DNA of 64,000 bases from Planctomycetota bacterium (GCA_965222115.1 CBDCTJ010000007.1:2784001-2848000), one strand, 5' to 3'; shown: positions 49,694 through 59,973, counted from the stretch's first letter. Notes: generated from the sequence alone by a model not told the origin. Translations and numbers: made by a program.

Positions 49694-50179
49694 ATGGCGA
49701 AGTCACCGAGCACCCCCCCAAATCATGAAGCGGCTGCTTCAAAGGGCGCGCGACACTCGCGCTTCGAGGTGGAACTGCGCCGTGGTGTGATCCAAATGGT
49801 CGCCTTGCGATTGCTAAAGAGGCCTCGATACGGCTATGACCTCATCCGCCATCTTGGGCGGGCGGGCTTCAGTATCGAAGAAGGTACGCTCTACCCACTG
49901 CTTCGTCGGTTTGAAAAGAACGGTCTTGTGACAAGTCGCTGGGAGACCGGCGGGACCCGTCCGCGAAAGTACTACGAGTTGACTTCCGAGGGCGCCGACC
50001 AACTGGACGAGATGCTGGAAGTGTGGGCACGCGTGAACGTCGCGGCGAATGACGCACTCTCAACCGCAACCCGTGTGCCCGAAGATGACGGACAGAATGA
50101 CTCGCCCCATGACGATACGAACGCGGAAGATGATTCCGATAGTAATCACGATAGCGCAATCGATTGCGGGGGACTCGGC
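49694..50179 (+). CDS. PadR family transcriptional regulator (runs in frame into the next gene)
   Basis: ELRRG, YGYDL, EGTLYPLLRR, RPRKYY; no stop before the ATG at 50180. Confidence 0.85.
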
Positions 50180-51153
50180 ATGACGCAGGGAACCGCCACA
50201 CACGACACGCGTGATCAGTTCCTCGAACGGCTGGAAGACCTGCTCCCTGCACGAGAAGCCGCGCGCATTCGTGAAGATGTAGAAGCGATGATTCTTGATC
50301 GCGTTGACGCCGAGCTGGAAGCGGAGCCCAGCCTCGATCCTCGTGAAGCCGAGTCGCGCGCGATTCGATCCATGGGCGCGCCGGAAGCGTTAGCGGATCG
50401 ATTGGACCTACGCCGAGTGCGATTCCTCGCGCCACACGCCAAGCGTTCTTACGCACCCTTGCGATCGTCATACCGATTCACTTGTTGCTCAGTGCCGTAC
50501 TGGGACTCTCCGGACAAACCGAAAGCGCGTCTGCATTGTTGGGACCACTTCCGTTTGGCAACTGGTTTCAAACCTTTCTCTCCGTGCTGGGCATCGTCCT
50601 GCTTGATGTCGGTGCCGTGTTTACGTATTTCTGGTTGCGCCGGGGTCGTGCCACACCCGCGCCCTTTGTTGCCGTGCCCACGGAACTGGCAGAGTCCCGT
50701 ACGGATGCATGGAAGGGTCTCGCCATGGTGGGTCTGTTGGGCATACTGCTCAACGCATTCGCCGTGGACTCCATATTTGTCGTGCGTACCAGCAAAGGCT
50801 TGCACTCATTCCTTGCGTCACCGTTGGCGTCGGCGCTTCCGTGGCTAAGTCTCCCGTTGGCACTCTTCGCCCTGCGACACATCATTGTGCTGTTGCGGCG
50901 AGGCCGGGCCCGACGACCCGCCATTCTCTTTGACGCCCTGGGCAGTTTGTCGGCAGCAGGTGTATTGGGGTGGCTCTGCACGCTTTCGCCCCTCGTTTCA
51001 TTCCCCCAAACGATGCGAAATCCCGAGGCCGCTGAGGTCATGAACACGCTCGTGTCGCGAATCTTCATGATTTGCTTCGCGCTCGGTGCGCTGCTGTTTC
51101 TCGTGCGATTCGTGCGCGCTATTGCGAGATTCCATCGAGCGACCGTACGCTAG
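50180..51153 (+). pseudogene. HAAS-like domain membrane protein, frameshifted near 50400
   Basis: FLERLEDLLP..MGAPEALA in one frame; IGPTP..multi-TM part continues in another frame to the stop at 51153. Confidence 0.65.
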
Positions 51154-51158
51154 CGTAT

Positions 51159-51884
51159 GTGTCCCCACCGTCGCTTCACTATGTCTATCCATCGCCGCTA
51201 GAAGACGCCACGCTCATCAAGCGTTACAAGCGCTTCCTAGCAGACGTGGAGCGCGCCGATGGCTCCGTGCTCACGGTGCATGCGGCCAACCCGGGATCCA
51301 TGCGCACATGCAGTGAGCCCGGCAGCCCCGTACGCATTCGTGATTCGGGCAATCCAAAGCGCAAACTCCGATTCAACTTGGAGCAAGTAAAGAGCAGCGG
51401 CGTGTGGGTGGCGGTCAACACGGCACTGCCCAACCGCGTCGTAGGTGAGGCGCTTCGCCGAGGCGAAGTGGATTCCACGCTACGCGGGTTGCAGGTCAAC
51501 GCAGAGGTTTCTGATGGTGATACGAGTCGAATCGACTTTCGTCTCGAATCGGGGGTGCGGCGGTGTTGGATCGAAGTCAAGAACGTCACGCTTCGCGTTG
51601 GTCGCGACGCGTGCTTTCCCGATGCGGTGACAGAGCGGGGACGCAAACATCTTGGCGCACTGACCCGTCTCGTTGCCAAGGGCGATCGTGCTGTGATGCT
51701 TTACGTGGTGGCGCGCGCCGGGCTACGGCGCTTTCGTGCCGCACGTGAGATTGATCCTGCGTATGCCAAGGCCCTCGATCAAGCGGTTGCCTCCGGGGTC
51801 GAAGTCATGGCCTGTCAGCTACTGGTGACACGACGAGGGCTTCAACTCGGAGAACGGCTTCCGTTTGCGTCACCTCCCCGGTAG
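51159..51884 (+). CDS. sfsA: DNA/RNA nuclease SfsA
   Basis: KRYKRFLADV, NPGSM, SRIDF, EVKNVT, FPDAVTERGRKHL. Confidence 0.94.
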   Translation: MSPPSLHYVYPSPLEDATLIKRYKRFLADVERADGSVLTVHAANPGSMRTCSEPGSPVRIRDSGNPKRKLRFNLEQVKSSGVWVAVNTALPNRVVGEALRRGEVDSTLRGLQVNAEVSDGDTSRIDFRLESGVRRCWIEVKNVTLRVGRDACFPDAVTERGRKHLGALTRLVAKGDRAVMLYVVARAGLRRFRAAREIDPAYAKALDQAVASGVEVMACQLLVTRRGLQLGERLPFASPPR

Positions 51885-51894
51885 AAGAGGCCGC

Positions 51895-52602
51895 ATGACG
51901 TCGCCGTCCCCGGATTCATGCCTCCGCGTTCGTGATCTACGCAAGTGGTATGCCGATCCCGAAGGCCACAATACGCTCATTGTTTCGCTGGACGCGCTCG
52001 ATGTGGCGCGCGGCGAGTCGCTCGTGATTGAGGGTGCCAGTGGAAGTGGCAAGACGACCTTGCTACACATGATCGCCGGCATTGTCCGCGCTGATGAAGG
52101 CACCATAACGATCTGCGACGAGCCCATGACGGGCATTTCTGAAACGAGACGCGACGTGCTACGTGCCAAGCACATCGGGTATCTGTTCCAGACGTTCAAT
52201 CTGTTGCCGGGCCTATCGTCGCTTGAAAATGTGCTCCTTGGCATGACCTTTCGTCCAAGGCCTGCGGGCGGAACGCGTGCTGCCGCGCGAACTGCACTCG
52301 ATCGAGTAGGCCTCTCCAATCGACTGCACCATCGCCCCTCCCAACTGAGCGTTGGACAGCAGCAACGCGTAGCGATTGCGCGCGCCATGGCAGGTGATCC
52401 CTCGCTAGTGCTGGCCGACGAACCCACGTCCAACCTGGATGCCGAACGCGGCGCCTCGTGCATGGATCTCCTTGAGTCGTTTTGTGCCGAACGCAACGCG
52501 GCGCTCGTTGTGGTGACCCATGATGAGCGTGTGCAGCGCCGTTTTGCACGTTCCCTTCGACTGGTGGAGCTGGAACCTGCCGCGGAGAGGACCTCCGCAT
52601 GA
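51895..52602 (+). CDS. ABC transporter ATP-binding protein (LolD/MacB type)
   Basis: GASGSGKT, LSVGQQQRVAIAR, LADEPT, VTHD. Confidence 0.95.
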   Translation: MTSPSPDSCLRVRDLRKWYADPEGHNTLIVSLDALDVARGESLVIEGASGSGKTTLLHMIAGIVRADEGTITICDEPMTGISETRRDVLRAKHIGYLFQTFNLLPGLSSLENVLLGMTFRPRPAGGTRAAARTALDRVGLSNRLHHRPSQLSVGQQQRVAIARAMAGDPSLVLADEPTSNLDAERGASCMDLLESFCAERNAALVVVTHDERVQRRFARSLRLVELEPAAERTSA

Positions 52603-53861
52603 ATGTTCTTTCGCTTGCTTGGCGCGGCATTCGATCGCGTCCGCTGTCGAGCATCCTCACGGCGCTGTCTGTCGCCCTTGGCGTTGGCCTTGTCGTTGCC
52701 GTTATGTCTACGCGTGCGTCGGCCACCAAGTCGTTTCAAGACGCTGCACGCGGGTATGACATTTTGCTAGGACCCAGCCACGGGTCACCGCTCCAGCTTG
52801 TGATGAACACCATGTTTCACGTCGGCAATGCCGGCGGAACAATGCCGTATGAGCACTACGAGAAGGCGCTGAGTGACAAGCGTGTGCGCGCCGCGATCCC
52901 CTACGCGGTGGGCGATAGTTTTCGCGGACATCACGTCGTGGGAACCACAACACAGTTCTTTGAGATTCTTCACGACCGGGCGAAGCGCCCGTTGGGCGAA
53001 GGCATTCGCGGAACGATTTTCCGCCCCCGAACATTTGAAGCGGTGATCGGGAGTATTGCTGCCAGCAAGGGAGGACTTCGTCGCGGGGACATATTTCGCG
53101 TCTTACACGGCGTTGAGATCACATTTCACGAGCACACGGAAGACTTCAAAGTGGTTGGCGTCATGCGCCCCACCGGCACACCTGCGGATCGCGCGATCTT
53201 CATTCCGATCGATACGTTCTATCATATTGGTTCCCACGCAGGGGAAGGTGCGGACGTCGTCCCCCTCGATCCCAACGACCGTGACTCACCGGAAGCAACG
53301 GACCCTGTACTCAAGAAATTGGGCGTGTCCGCGATTGGATTGCGATTGGTCAATCCCGTCTTGCGCCTGCGTTATCTGCACGAGTACCGAACGAGTGGTG
53401 GACCGGTTGAAGCCGTCGTCCCTGTGGATCAAATTGGTGATTTGATGCGGTTGGTCGGCAGTGTGGATGCCGTGTTTCGTTGGACGGCACTGCTCGTGAT
53501 TCTAGTTGCCGCAATTGGCATTCTTGTGAGTCTCTACAACACCATCCAAGGACGTCGCCGCGAGATTGCCATCATGCGCGCACTTGGTGCACGCCCCCAC
53601 CATGTGTTTTCCGTGCTGGTGCTTGAATCGGTACTGCTTGTACTCGCGGGCGGACTCATTGGCCTACTGCTCGGACACGGTGCGGTCACGTTGGCAGCCC
53701 CCCACCTCCTGGACGCCTACGGTGTATACGTTGAGAGTTCACCGGGTGCACTCGATTTGAAGATTCTCGCAGCCTTGGCGGGCATTGGCGTGCTTGTGGG
53801 GCTTTTGCCTGCGCTTCGCGGATTGCGTACGGAGGTCGCCGATAACTTGTACCCACGGTAG
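52599..53861 (+). CDS. ABC permease (MacB/FtsX family)
   Basis: GSPLQLV, FHEH, RRREIAIMRALGA; four-TM layout. Confidence 0.92.
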   Translation: MNVLSLAWRGIRSRPLSSILTALSVALGVGLVVAVMSTRASATKSFQDAARGYDILLGPSHGSPLQLVMNTMFHVGNAGGTMPYEHYEKALSDKRVRAAIPYAVGDSFRGHHVVGTTTQFFEILHDRAKRPLGEGIRGTIFRPRTFEAVIGSIAASKGGLRRGDIFRVLHGVEITFHEHTEDFKVVGVMRPTGTPADRAIFIPIDTFYHIGSHAGEGADVVPLDPNDRDSPEATDPVLKKLGVSAIGLRLVNPVLRLRYLHEYRTSGGPVEAVVPVDQIGDLMRLVGSVDAVFRWTALLVILVAAIGILVSLYNTIQGRRREIAIMRALGARPHHVFSVLVLESVLLVLAGGLIGLLLGHGAVTLAAPHLLDAYGVYVESSPGALDLKILAALAGIGVLVGLLPALRGLRTEVADNLYPR

Positions 53862-53904
53862 ATCGTCAGCCCGCACGGTCGGGCGTTAGAAGGCATCGCT
53901 ACCC

Positions 53905-55059
53905 TCAGTTGACGTGCCCTGATACCTCGAAGGCAATGCGCACGAGATGAATCCTGTTCTCGACAGTGGCTCGCCTTCGGTCCAGGGCTCCTAGCAGGTT
54001 GTTTCCAGATACGTCTTCCAACTCGGGGGCCACGACAATCGTGTAGCTGCCCGCTCGCCAGGGTTCATCGGAGCGAAACTGCCAGACGTGTTCGTGCTGA
54101 GCTGCTTTCACGCTTCCCGATACCTGCCGGCCATCGCCGTGACAGACCGAAATCATCCGCGCAAGCAGGGCATGATCCATGCATCGGTCAAAGGCGACGC
54201 TCAAGGGTTCGTTGGACTCGGCCGATGGGAGAGTAACTTGCCAGTGCTTGTGTTCTATCGCACGCCGTTCGGGTGGGCCTACACGGAACGACTGCTCATA
54301 GCGCTGAGAAAGTGGCTGCCCAAACACGTCGCGCCAACCGGGCTCCACGGTCAATCGGCACAGTGCTCCCTCGACGAGTGCCGGTCCAAGCCGACGGTTT
54401 GTTTCCACACCTCGCTTGATACGCCCGGGATCCAGCAACACCGTCAACCGCCGCCCATCAGGACTCCACAACTCCTGCTTGAACGACATGAAGGCCTTCT
54501 CATCCGCACGGCCGTTCGCGCTTAGGAGCCGCACGTATTGCATCGCCATGCCCCGCTGCATGGGATTCGAAAAGTAGATGTAGAAGCGAAGCGCGTTTTG
54601 CGGCAATGTGTCATGGGTCGGAAACACGCGCTCGACTCGCGGCGGCGGGCGTTTCGTATGAGGTATGGTGAATCGAGCATACGTTTGCTTCCCGTGCACC
54701 TCCCGCGACGCATCTCCAATCGCTTCCTCGCCGCCAAGGAGCGCGTCCACAAGGACCAAATAGGTCACACCTGTCACAAAAGGGAAGTCAGGAATAAATC
54801 GAACGGTGCCGCGGGATTGCCGATAACCACCCGCCACGGAGATTGTCGGTCGCGCCCCATCGTCCGGCGCCACATAGACGGCGAAACGGTTGCGCAAGTA
54901 GGTGGGTGCGATTTGTTCGATACACGTCGTGTGCAACGTAATCGGATCGTTGACGCTCGATGGCAGATCGAGTCGAACAAGCCGTTCGGTCGTCGGCGCG
55001 TTGCCACACGCGCCGACGATTCCCAAACACAATGCAACTATCGATACGGTGCGCAGCAT
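53905..55059 (-). CDS. Ig-like domain lipoprotein of unknown function
   Basis: Lipobox VGAC; LPQNALRFYIYFSNPM, QELW..RLTVLLDPGRIKRG, LEDVSGN. Confidence 0.72.
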   Translation of the reverse strand: MLRTVSIVALCLGIVGACGNAPTTERLVRLDLPSSVNDPITLHTTCIEQIAPTYLRNRFAVYVAPDDGARPTISVAGGYRQSRGTVRFIPDFPFVTGVTYLVLVDALLGGEEAIGDASREVHGKQTYARFTIPHTKRPPPRVERVFPTHDTLPQNALRFYIYFSNPMQRGMAMQYVRLLSANGRADEKAFMSFKQELWSPDGRRLTVLLDPGRIKRGVETNRRLGPALVEGALCRLTVEPGWRDVFGQPLSQRYEQSFRVGPPERRAIEHKHWQVTLPSAESNEPLSVAFDRCMDHALLARMISVCHGDGRQVSGSVKAAQHEHVWQFRSDEPWRAGSYTIVVAPELEDVSGNNLLGALDRRRATVENRIHLVRIAFEVSGHVN

Positions 55060-55067
55060 CAGGCGCG

Positions 55068-56372
55068 CTACTTCTTCTTGCCAGCCATCGGATGGGGAAC
55101 GCCCGGGAAGTCAAACTCCGCATATAAGTAGTGCAATTTGACTGGGAATACAGTTGCCAACGACTCAAGATCGAGCGTGCCGGTGTAGGGATCGCGCGTG
55201 AGCGAGACAAAGAAATTATCGTTGAGCAGGTCGGCTTGCAGCGAGGTGCCTACAAACATGATGGGCCGACCCACGGGCCCCATGGGAAACACGCCTTGTG
55301 CGTCCATCTTCATGCCGCGCTTGGTGTTCTCTTTGGTGAGGGGTGTGGCTTTTTCCAGTCCTTCGATGGGAAACACCTGTGGCATGCGGCTATTGTTGGT
55401 GACGAATAGATACTCCTTGCCACCGGCGACCTTGTTCTTGAACGCCACCATATCGATGGGTTGGCCGTTGCCGATGTCGCCGATTGTTCTCGCGGTCACG
55501 CGCGCTCCGTCCTTGAGCTGGGCTATTGGAACGAGGACTACGGGGCTACAGGTGTACGCTGCGATGAGATAGTCAGCCTCACCGAGCCGCTTGGCAACCA
55601 TCGATCGAATGGGCGCGCGCGTTTCGTACTGGTCATGAGCCACGTGAAACATGCGCACGTTTGTAGAGCCGTGCTTTCCAGTGAAGGGATAGGGCATGCG
55701 GCGCAGCGTGGAGGAAAACTCCTCATTGGATATACCCGCGACAAAGACTTCGCCCTTGTAATACTCAATATCCATGATGGCGAGCACGCGCATCGGTCGT
55801 TTGGCTTTGGCCATGTCTTTGTTTGAGGGCGGATTGCCCATCATGCCGCGTGGCCGAAAGTGTTTGGTCCCGTCCGGCATATCGGAAAGTGCCTGACGAG
55901 TATAGGTCAAGCTATCTAGACGCACATGGTGTACGTTTCCAGCTTGATCCACGCGCACGATACCGGGATGAACGATCTCTCCGGCTCTGCGCATGACCGA
56001 GAGATATATTTCTCGCGATGTTGGATGGACCGCCATGTCGTTGATGGAAATGTGCTTCTTGGTGGCTCCCAACGAATTGGCGACTACTTCGTCGATACTG
56101 TCCACGTTTATGGCGACGTTGTTCGTTGGCGCCTTACCCACGCCCATCTCGAAGGCATAGATCGCGCCGCCAAGATTGTCGCCGACGAAGAGGACGCCAT
56201 CTGGGCCAAACTCAAGCGCTCCGGCAAAACGAAGCGGAGGTGGCTTGGGTTCGCCGGACGAAGAGGCCGGCGTTAGGAAAATCACGGCAATTATGAGCAT
56301 AAGAGTAACTGAGATGCTCGCGACAACTGCCAGGGGTGCCCGGATTCGCCAAGCTCGGTTGCTGTTCATCAT
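55068..56372 (-). CDS. Exported hypothetical protein, possibly a beta-propeller
   Basis: Signal/TM; ALEFGPDGVLFVGD, INDMAVHP, GISNEEFSS, HDQYETRAPI, AYTCSP. Confidence 0.72.
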   Translation of the reverse strand: MMNSNRAWRIRAPLAVVASISVTLMLIIAVIFLTPASSSGEPKPPPLRFAGALEFGPDGVLFVGDNLGGAIYAFEMGVGKAPTNNVAINVDSIDEVVANSLGATKKHISINDMAVHPTSREIYLSVMRRAGEIVHPGIVRVDQAGNVHHVRLDSLTYTRQALSDMPDGTKHFRPRGMMGNPPSNKDMAKAKRPMRVLAIMDIEYYKGEVFVAGISNEEFSSTLRRMPYPFTGKHGSTNVRMFHVAHDQYETRAPIRSMVAKRLGEADYLIAAYTCSPVVLVPIAQLKDGARVTARTIGDIGNGQPIDMVAFKNKVAGGKEYLFVTNNSRMPQVFPIEGLEKATPLTKENTKRGMKMDAQGVFPMGPVGRPIMFVGTSLQADLLNDNFFVSLTRDPYTGTLDLESLATVFPVKLHYLYAEFDFPGVPHPMAGKKK

Positions 56373-56423
56373 TCATCCTTTCGGTTAGTATTCCACGGAT
56401 GTGGTTGCCTGTAGGTTATGTCG

Positions 56424-56882
56424 TTAAAGTTCGCGAACCGGACCCTCAGCGTTCTTCAGCATTGCCTTAATGATGCGAACTAACTCCTTGGCGTCGGCTG
56501 AAGGAACGTTAGACAAAAATTTCTCGTTGGTGGCCATCGAACAAGCGGCAAGTTTGGCGACGAGCCCTTTGGCCTTGCTCGTTAACGTGAGTTTGATGGA
56601 TCGCCGATCGCTTCCATTCGGTGTTCGTACTACGAGACCCGCCTTCTCAAGCTGGTCGAGTTTCCGAGTAACCGCCGAGGGGTCCATCCCAATGAACCGG
56701 GACAGCGCCATGGGTGTGGAGGCTTCTTCGTTGTGAATGGCCGAAAGGATTGGCCATGTACTCCGCGCGACACCGTGCTGAGCGAGTTGTTCTCTAAAGT
56801 GTTCGCTCATCGATGAAGCGATACGCTGAATCCAGTATCCCGTGCTTTTCTGAATGCTGTAGTGGTTGACTTGCTTGGCCAT
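56424..56882 (-). CDS. MarR family regulator
   Basis: SAVTRKLDQLEKAGLV..DRRS..LT; ATG at 56882. Confidence 0.92.
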   Translation of the reverse strand: MAKQVNHYSIQKSTGYWIQRIASSMSEHFREQLAQHGVARSTWPILSAIHNEEASTPMALSRFIGMDPSAVTRKLDQLEKAGLVVRTPNGSDRRSIKLTLTSKAKGLVAKLAACSMATNEKFLSNVPSADAKELVRIIKAMLKNAEGPVREL

Positions 56883-56888
56883 GCCGCA

Positions 56889-56918
56889 ATTATACTGGAC
56901 ATTATCAATAATTGATAA
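56889..56918 (-). promoter_or_regulatory. Likely leaderless marR promoter with operator palindrome
   Basis: Exact TATAAT 6 nt before the ATG; TTATCAA-TAA-TTGATAA inverted repeat at 56902-56918. Confidence 0.65.
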
Positions 56919-56981
56919 ATGAAATAATGGACTATCTAAAATAATCGGGACCAATTTCTTCCTCTGATCCGCGATACGCTA

Positions 56982-57620
56982 GTGGGTATGGTCTCCACAC
57001 GTGACATTGTCCTCGGCACGCTCTGTTGTCTCGCAGTCTTTTGTCTCTGGTGGTACGGCGCAAGTGATTCGCGCGCCAACGAAGACCTCAAACATACGCG
57101 TGCCAAGGGGCTCTACGGTCGCGGCATGGGCCTTTCGCCCGATGGCTCCTACGACCCCAATGTGGCGTTGGGCTTGCCAGCAGGAATCCGTATTGACCCG
57201 GTTACGGGTGAGCTGGTGGGGCTCTCGCTCGAAGGCGATGACGGAGCCAAGTCGCTGTCGTGGGAAGTATTGCGCGACTACAAGTATCAAGCGGGCCTTG
57301 AAGACGTGCCCGAGTCCGTTCAGAAATTCGACGGCCAAAAGGTCGTGATGGTGGGCTTCTTAATGGCCACCTTTGAGTACGAAGACATTCGCGAGTTCCA
57401 TCTCGTAGCCAGTCACTGGAGTTGTTGCTACGGCATCCCCCCGGGGCTCGATGGCGTGATCTATGTGAAACTCGAAGACGGTGCCTCAGGCCTTCGCCAA
57501 ACGCTTCAACCCGTCAAAGTCGTGGGCACGCTTAAGGTCGAAGAGATCAAAGAATCGGGTGTGGTCTGGGCAATCTACGCGTTGCGCGATGCGAAGGCGG
57601 AAGAGCTGAAATGGAATTAG
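56982..57620 (+). CDS. DUF3299-like protein
   Basis: N-terminal TM; LSWEVL, DGQKVVMVGF, EFHLV..SCCYGIPP, VKVVGTL. Confidence 0.75.
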   Translation: MGMVSTRDIVLGTLCCLAVFCLWWYGASDSRANEDLKHTRAKGLYGRGMGLSPDGSYDPNVALGLPAGIRIDPVTGELVGLSLEGDDGAKSLSWEVLRDYKYQAGLEDVPESVQKFDGQKVVMVGFLMATFEYEDIREFHLVASHWSCCYGIPPGLDGVIYVKLEDGASGLRQTLQPVKVVGTLKVEEIKESGVVWAIYALRDAKAEELKWN

Positions 57621-57654
57621 GTTCCCTTTCCTACACCTAGATCCGACACAGTTC

Positions 57655-57890
57655 TCACGTCCACGTCCACGAACTGGCGCGAATCGATCATCGAGTGCTT
57701 AGGTCTGCAAATTCACACCCGGTACTTTTTCGCGGCTTTCGGTGCTCAATCGGTGTCGCTCGTATGCGGCTATCGCGCTCCTGCCGTCCGTTCTCCACGT
57801 CCACGCCCACGCCCACGCCCACGCCCACGAATTGGCGCGATACGGTCACCGGACGCTCACACTTGAGTCCGGTTGGCGGGTGACGGGGAG
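57655..57890 (+). repeat. Two copies (one truncated) of the dispersed hexamer-tract repeat
   Basis: About 3 hexamers + GCGCGAATCGATCATCG at 57655-57693; full copy 57738-57890 with (YCCACG)6. Confidence 0.88.
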
Positions 57891-57984
57891 CCTGAAAGCA
57901 GAGAACCCTAGTACTTCGTGTACCACCAAGACAGTGCGCACTGAAAGAGCCCAAGCATATTTCTGATGCGCGAGTTGCGTTGTA

Positions 57985-59052
57985 TTACTTCGCCGACTCC
58001 GCGACAGACTCTTCCAGCAACTCAAGCGCCTCCCCCAACCGCTTCCATGCCTTGGGGTCCCACTTGTGAACGCCAAGTGGTTCCAAGTGCTTCTTGGCGC
58101 GCTTCAAGAGTCCACGCGCGTCGTTCTTTTTGCCCAACGCAAGCGCGCGTTCACCCATTTCATTGCATGCCCAGCCCACCCACTCTTTCGTGGTCTTGGA
58201 GGGTTTCTCGGCATGCAAACGCTCTGCCCACGCCAATACGGGGCGTAGCCACATGCCTGCCTTCTCCTGATCACCGAGCCGTCGATGAGTCTTGCCAACG
58301 GCCCAGTCCGCAGCCAGCTTGGCGATCTCGCTGGTGCCCTTCCAGTGATAATGACGCGCTTTGGTGTAGGCCTCGAGCGCTAGTTTGAACTCACCGCGCT
58401 CGTCGCGTGTCACGCCGAGGTTGTTCCACAACGGGCCCAACCAGCTTTCGAGTTTGCCGGCTTCCGCGGCGGCAATACCTTTCTTCGCCCATACCAACTG
58501 CTGTTCGTTCGTGCCGGTGATGGCCACCATGTGCGCAGCGTCCACGGCCTTGTTGAAGAGCTTATGCTTGTTGCAGTAGTCGTACATGGTAACGAACGTC
58601 TTGGTGGCAGTGGGCTTGTCGCCGCCTTTCCACTCAAAGCGGCCACGCACACCGAGATACGTCGCCCAAGCGCTTGGAAGATTCGTCTCGCCGTCTTCCC
58701 TGACGAGGAGTGCCTTCGCCTTCTCCAACCATGGTGCGCCGCCCTTGGCGTCCCCTTGGATGAGATGTCCACGGGCAGCTAAGGAAAGTGACTCGGCCCA
58801 CGTCGCAGTGTCACCCAACTGCTCAGCCTTTGTGACAACGGCCTTAAACGCCTTTGTGGCATTGGCATACTTGCGCGAGCGAAACATCTGCTTCGCAGCC
58901 TCAAACTCGGTTGCGAGTCCTCTCACATCGGGCGGCGGTTCGGCGGCCTCAACCCGCGCGGCACTGAATGGAATAAAACTGAGGGGAACAAAAAGGAAAA
59001 GGAGGGCGCACCATAGCACCCTCCGATTCACGTTCATTTCGTGCGCGTTCAC
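57985..59052 (-). CDS. Exported TPR protein
   Basis: Signal peptide; helical repeats, LWNNLGV. Confidence 0.75.
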   Translation of the reverse strand: MNAHEMNVNRRVLWCALLFLFVPLSFIPFSAARVEAAEPPPDVRGLATEFEAAKQMFRSRKYANATKAFKAVVTKAEQLGDTATWAESLSLAARGHLIQGDAKGGAPWLEKAKALLVREDGETNLPSAWATYLGVRGRFEWKGGDKPTATKTFVTMYDYCNKHKLFNKAVDAAHMVAITGTNEQQLVWAKKGIAAAEAGKLESWLGPLWNNLGVTRDERGEFKLALEAYTKARHYHWKGTSEIAKLAADWAVGKTHRRLGDQEKAGMWLRPVLAWAERLHAEKPSKTTKEWVGWACNEMGERALALGKKNDARGLLKRAKKHLEPLGVHKWDPKAWKRLGEALELLEESVAESAK

Positions 59053-59055
59053 AAA

Positions 59056-59973
59056 CTACTGCTTCGTTGCGGGCTTCTTGGCGTCCCCGGAACCCGGGGC
59101 TTTGCGCTTTTTGCGCTTCACGCTTCAGCCAAACGGCTTGGTCATTTTTACAGGGACGTCTTTCCCGGCCTCGATTGCGGTGAATGCGTCGAGCAAATAC
59201 GTCTTCTTCTTGTCTTCATCCAAGGTGTCGCGAACGTCGTTACTGAGTGCGCCCTTGTAACGCAACACCCCCTTGGTATCGACCAAGAAATAGTGCGGCG
59301 TTTGCTTGCCGCCCAAGATATCGCATACGCGTTGATCGCGATCGGGGAAGATGCGTACATTGAAATCTTGGGCTTCAATGAACTCCTGATACCGTTCATT
59401 GGTGTCCTTGTAGTTGGATGCGATGGCATACATTCGCACCCCCGTAGCCTGGACAAACTCGATGGTGCGGTCATTGAGCACGCTACTTGTGGGGCACTTG
59501 GGTGACCAGACGACAAAGAGTAGCGGTTTGTCCTTGCGCTTTACAATCCACGCCGCGAGGTCAGCCAGCGACTTCATCTCAGCAGTTGCCTCTTCGGTGA
59601 CTTGAAATCCGAAGTGCTTGACGACGCCCTGAATAAACTCAAATTTGCTGCCTTCGTCGGGCTTGCCCTCGTCATTGAGGGCGCCCTTGATGGCATCGAA
59701 CTTGATTCCGAGATCCTTCGGGTCAGCGGCGCCGGCTTTCTTCGCTGAAGCTAGCAGATGGGCCTTCACGCCCTCGGCGGTGATTGCGCGCTGGGCGAAA
59801 TCAAAGACGCCACCATTGCGATCGGCGATCTTGAAGTCAGGAATCGCAGCATCGATCGCAACAGGCGTCGTGGTTTCCGTTTTGGCCTGCACAGGCGTAG
59901 TCAATGCGAGGGCCAACGCCCCCACGACTGCCACGAGCGAAAACGTCGTGGACCATCCAACACTGGGACGCAT
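59056..59973 (-). CDS. Exported redoxin (AhpC/TSA-like), probable selenoprotein (UGA at 59125-59127)
   Basis: PDFKI, WSPKCPTS, TPHYFLVD..LRYKGA, TKPFG-UGA-SVK; hairpin downstream of UGA; readthrough TAG ends 3 nt before the next gene. Confidence 0.8.

Noticed and set aside
49592-50848. A single 418-aa protein as given in the ORF track
   Set aside because: The part after ~50400 is out-of-frame sequence of the membrane domain; treated as PadR plus a frameshifted partner.
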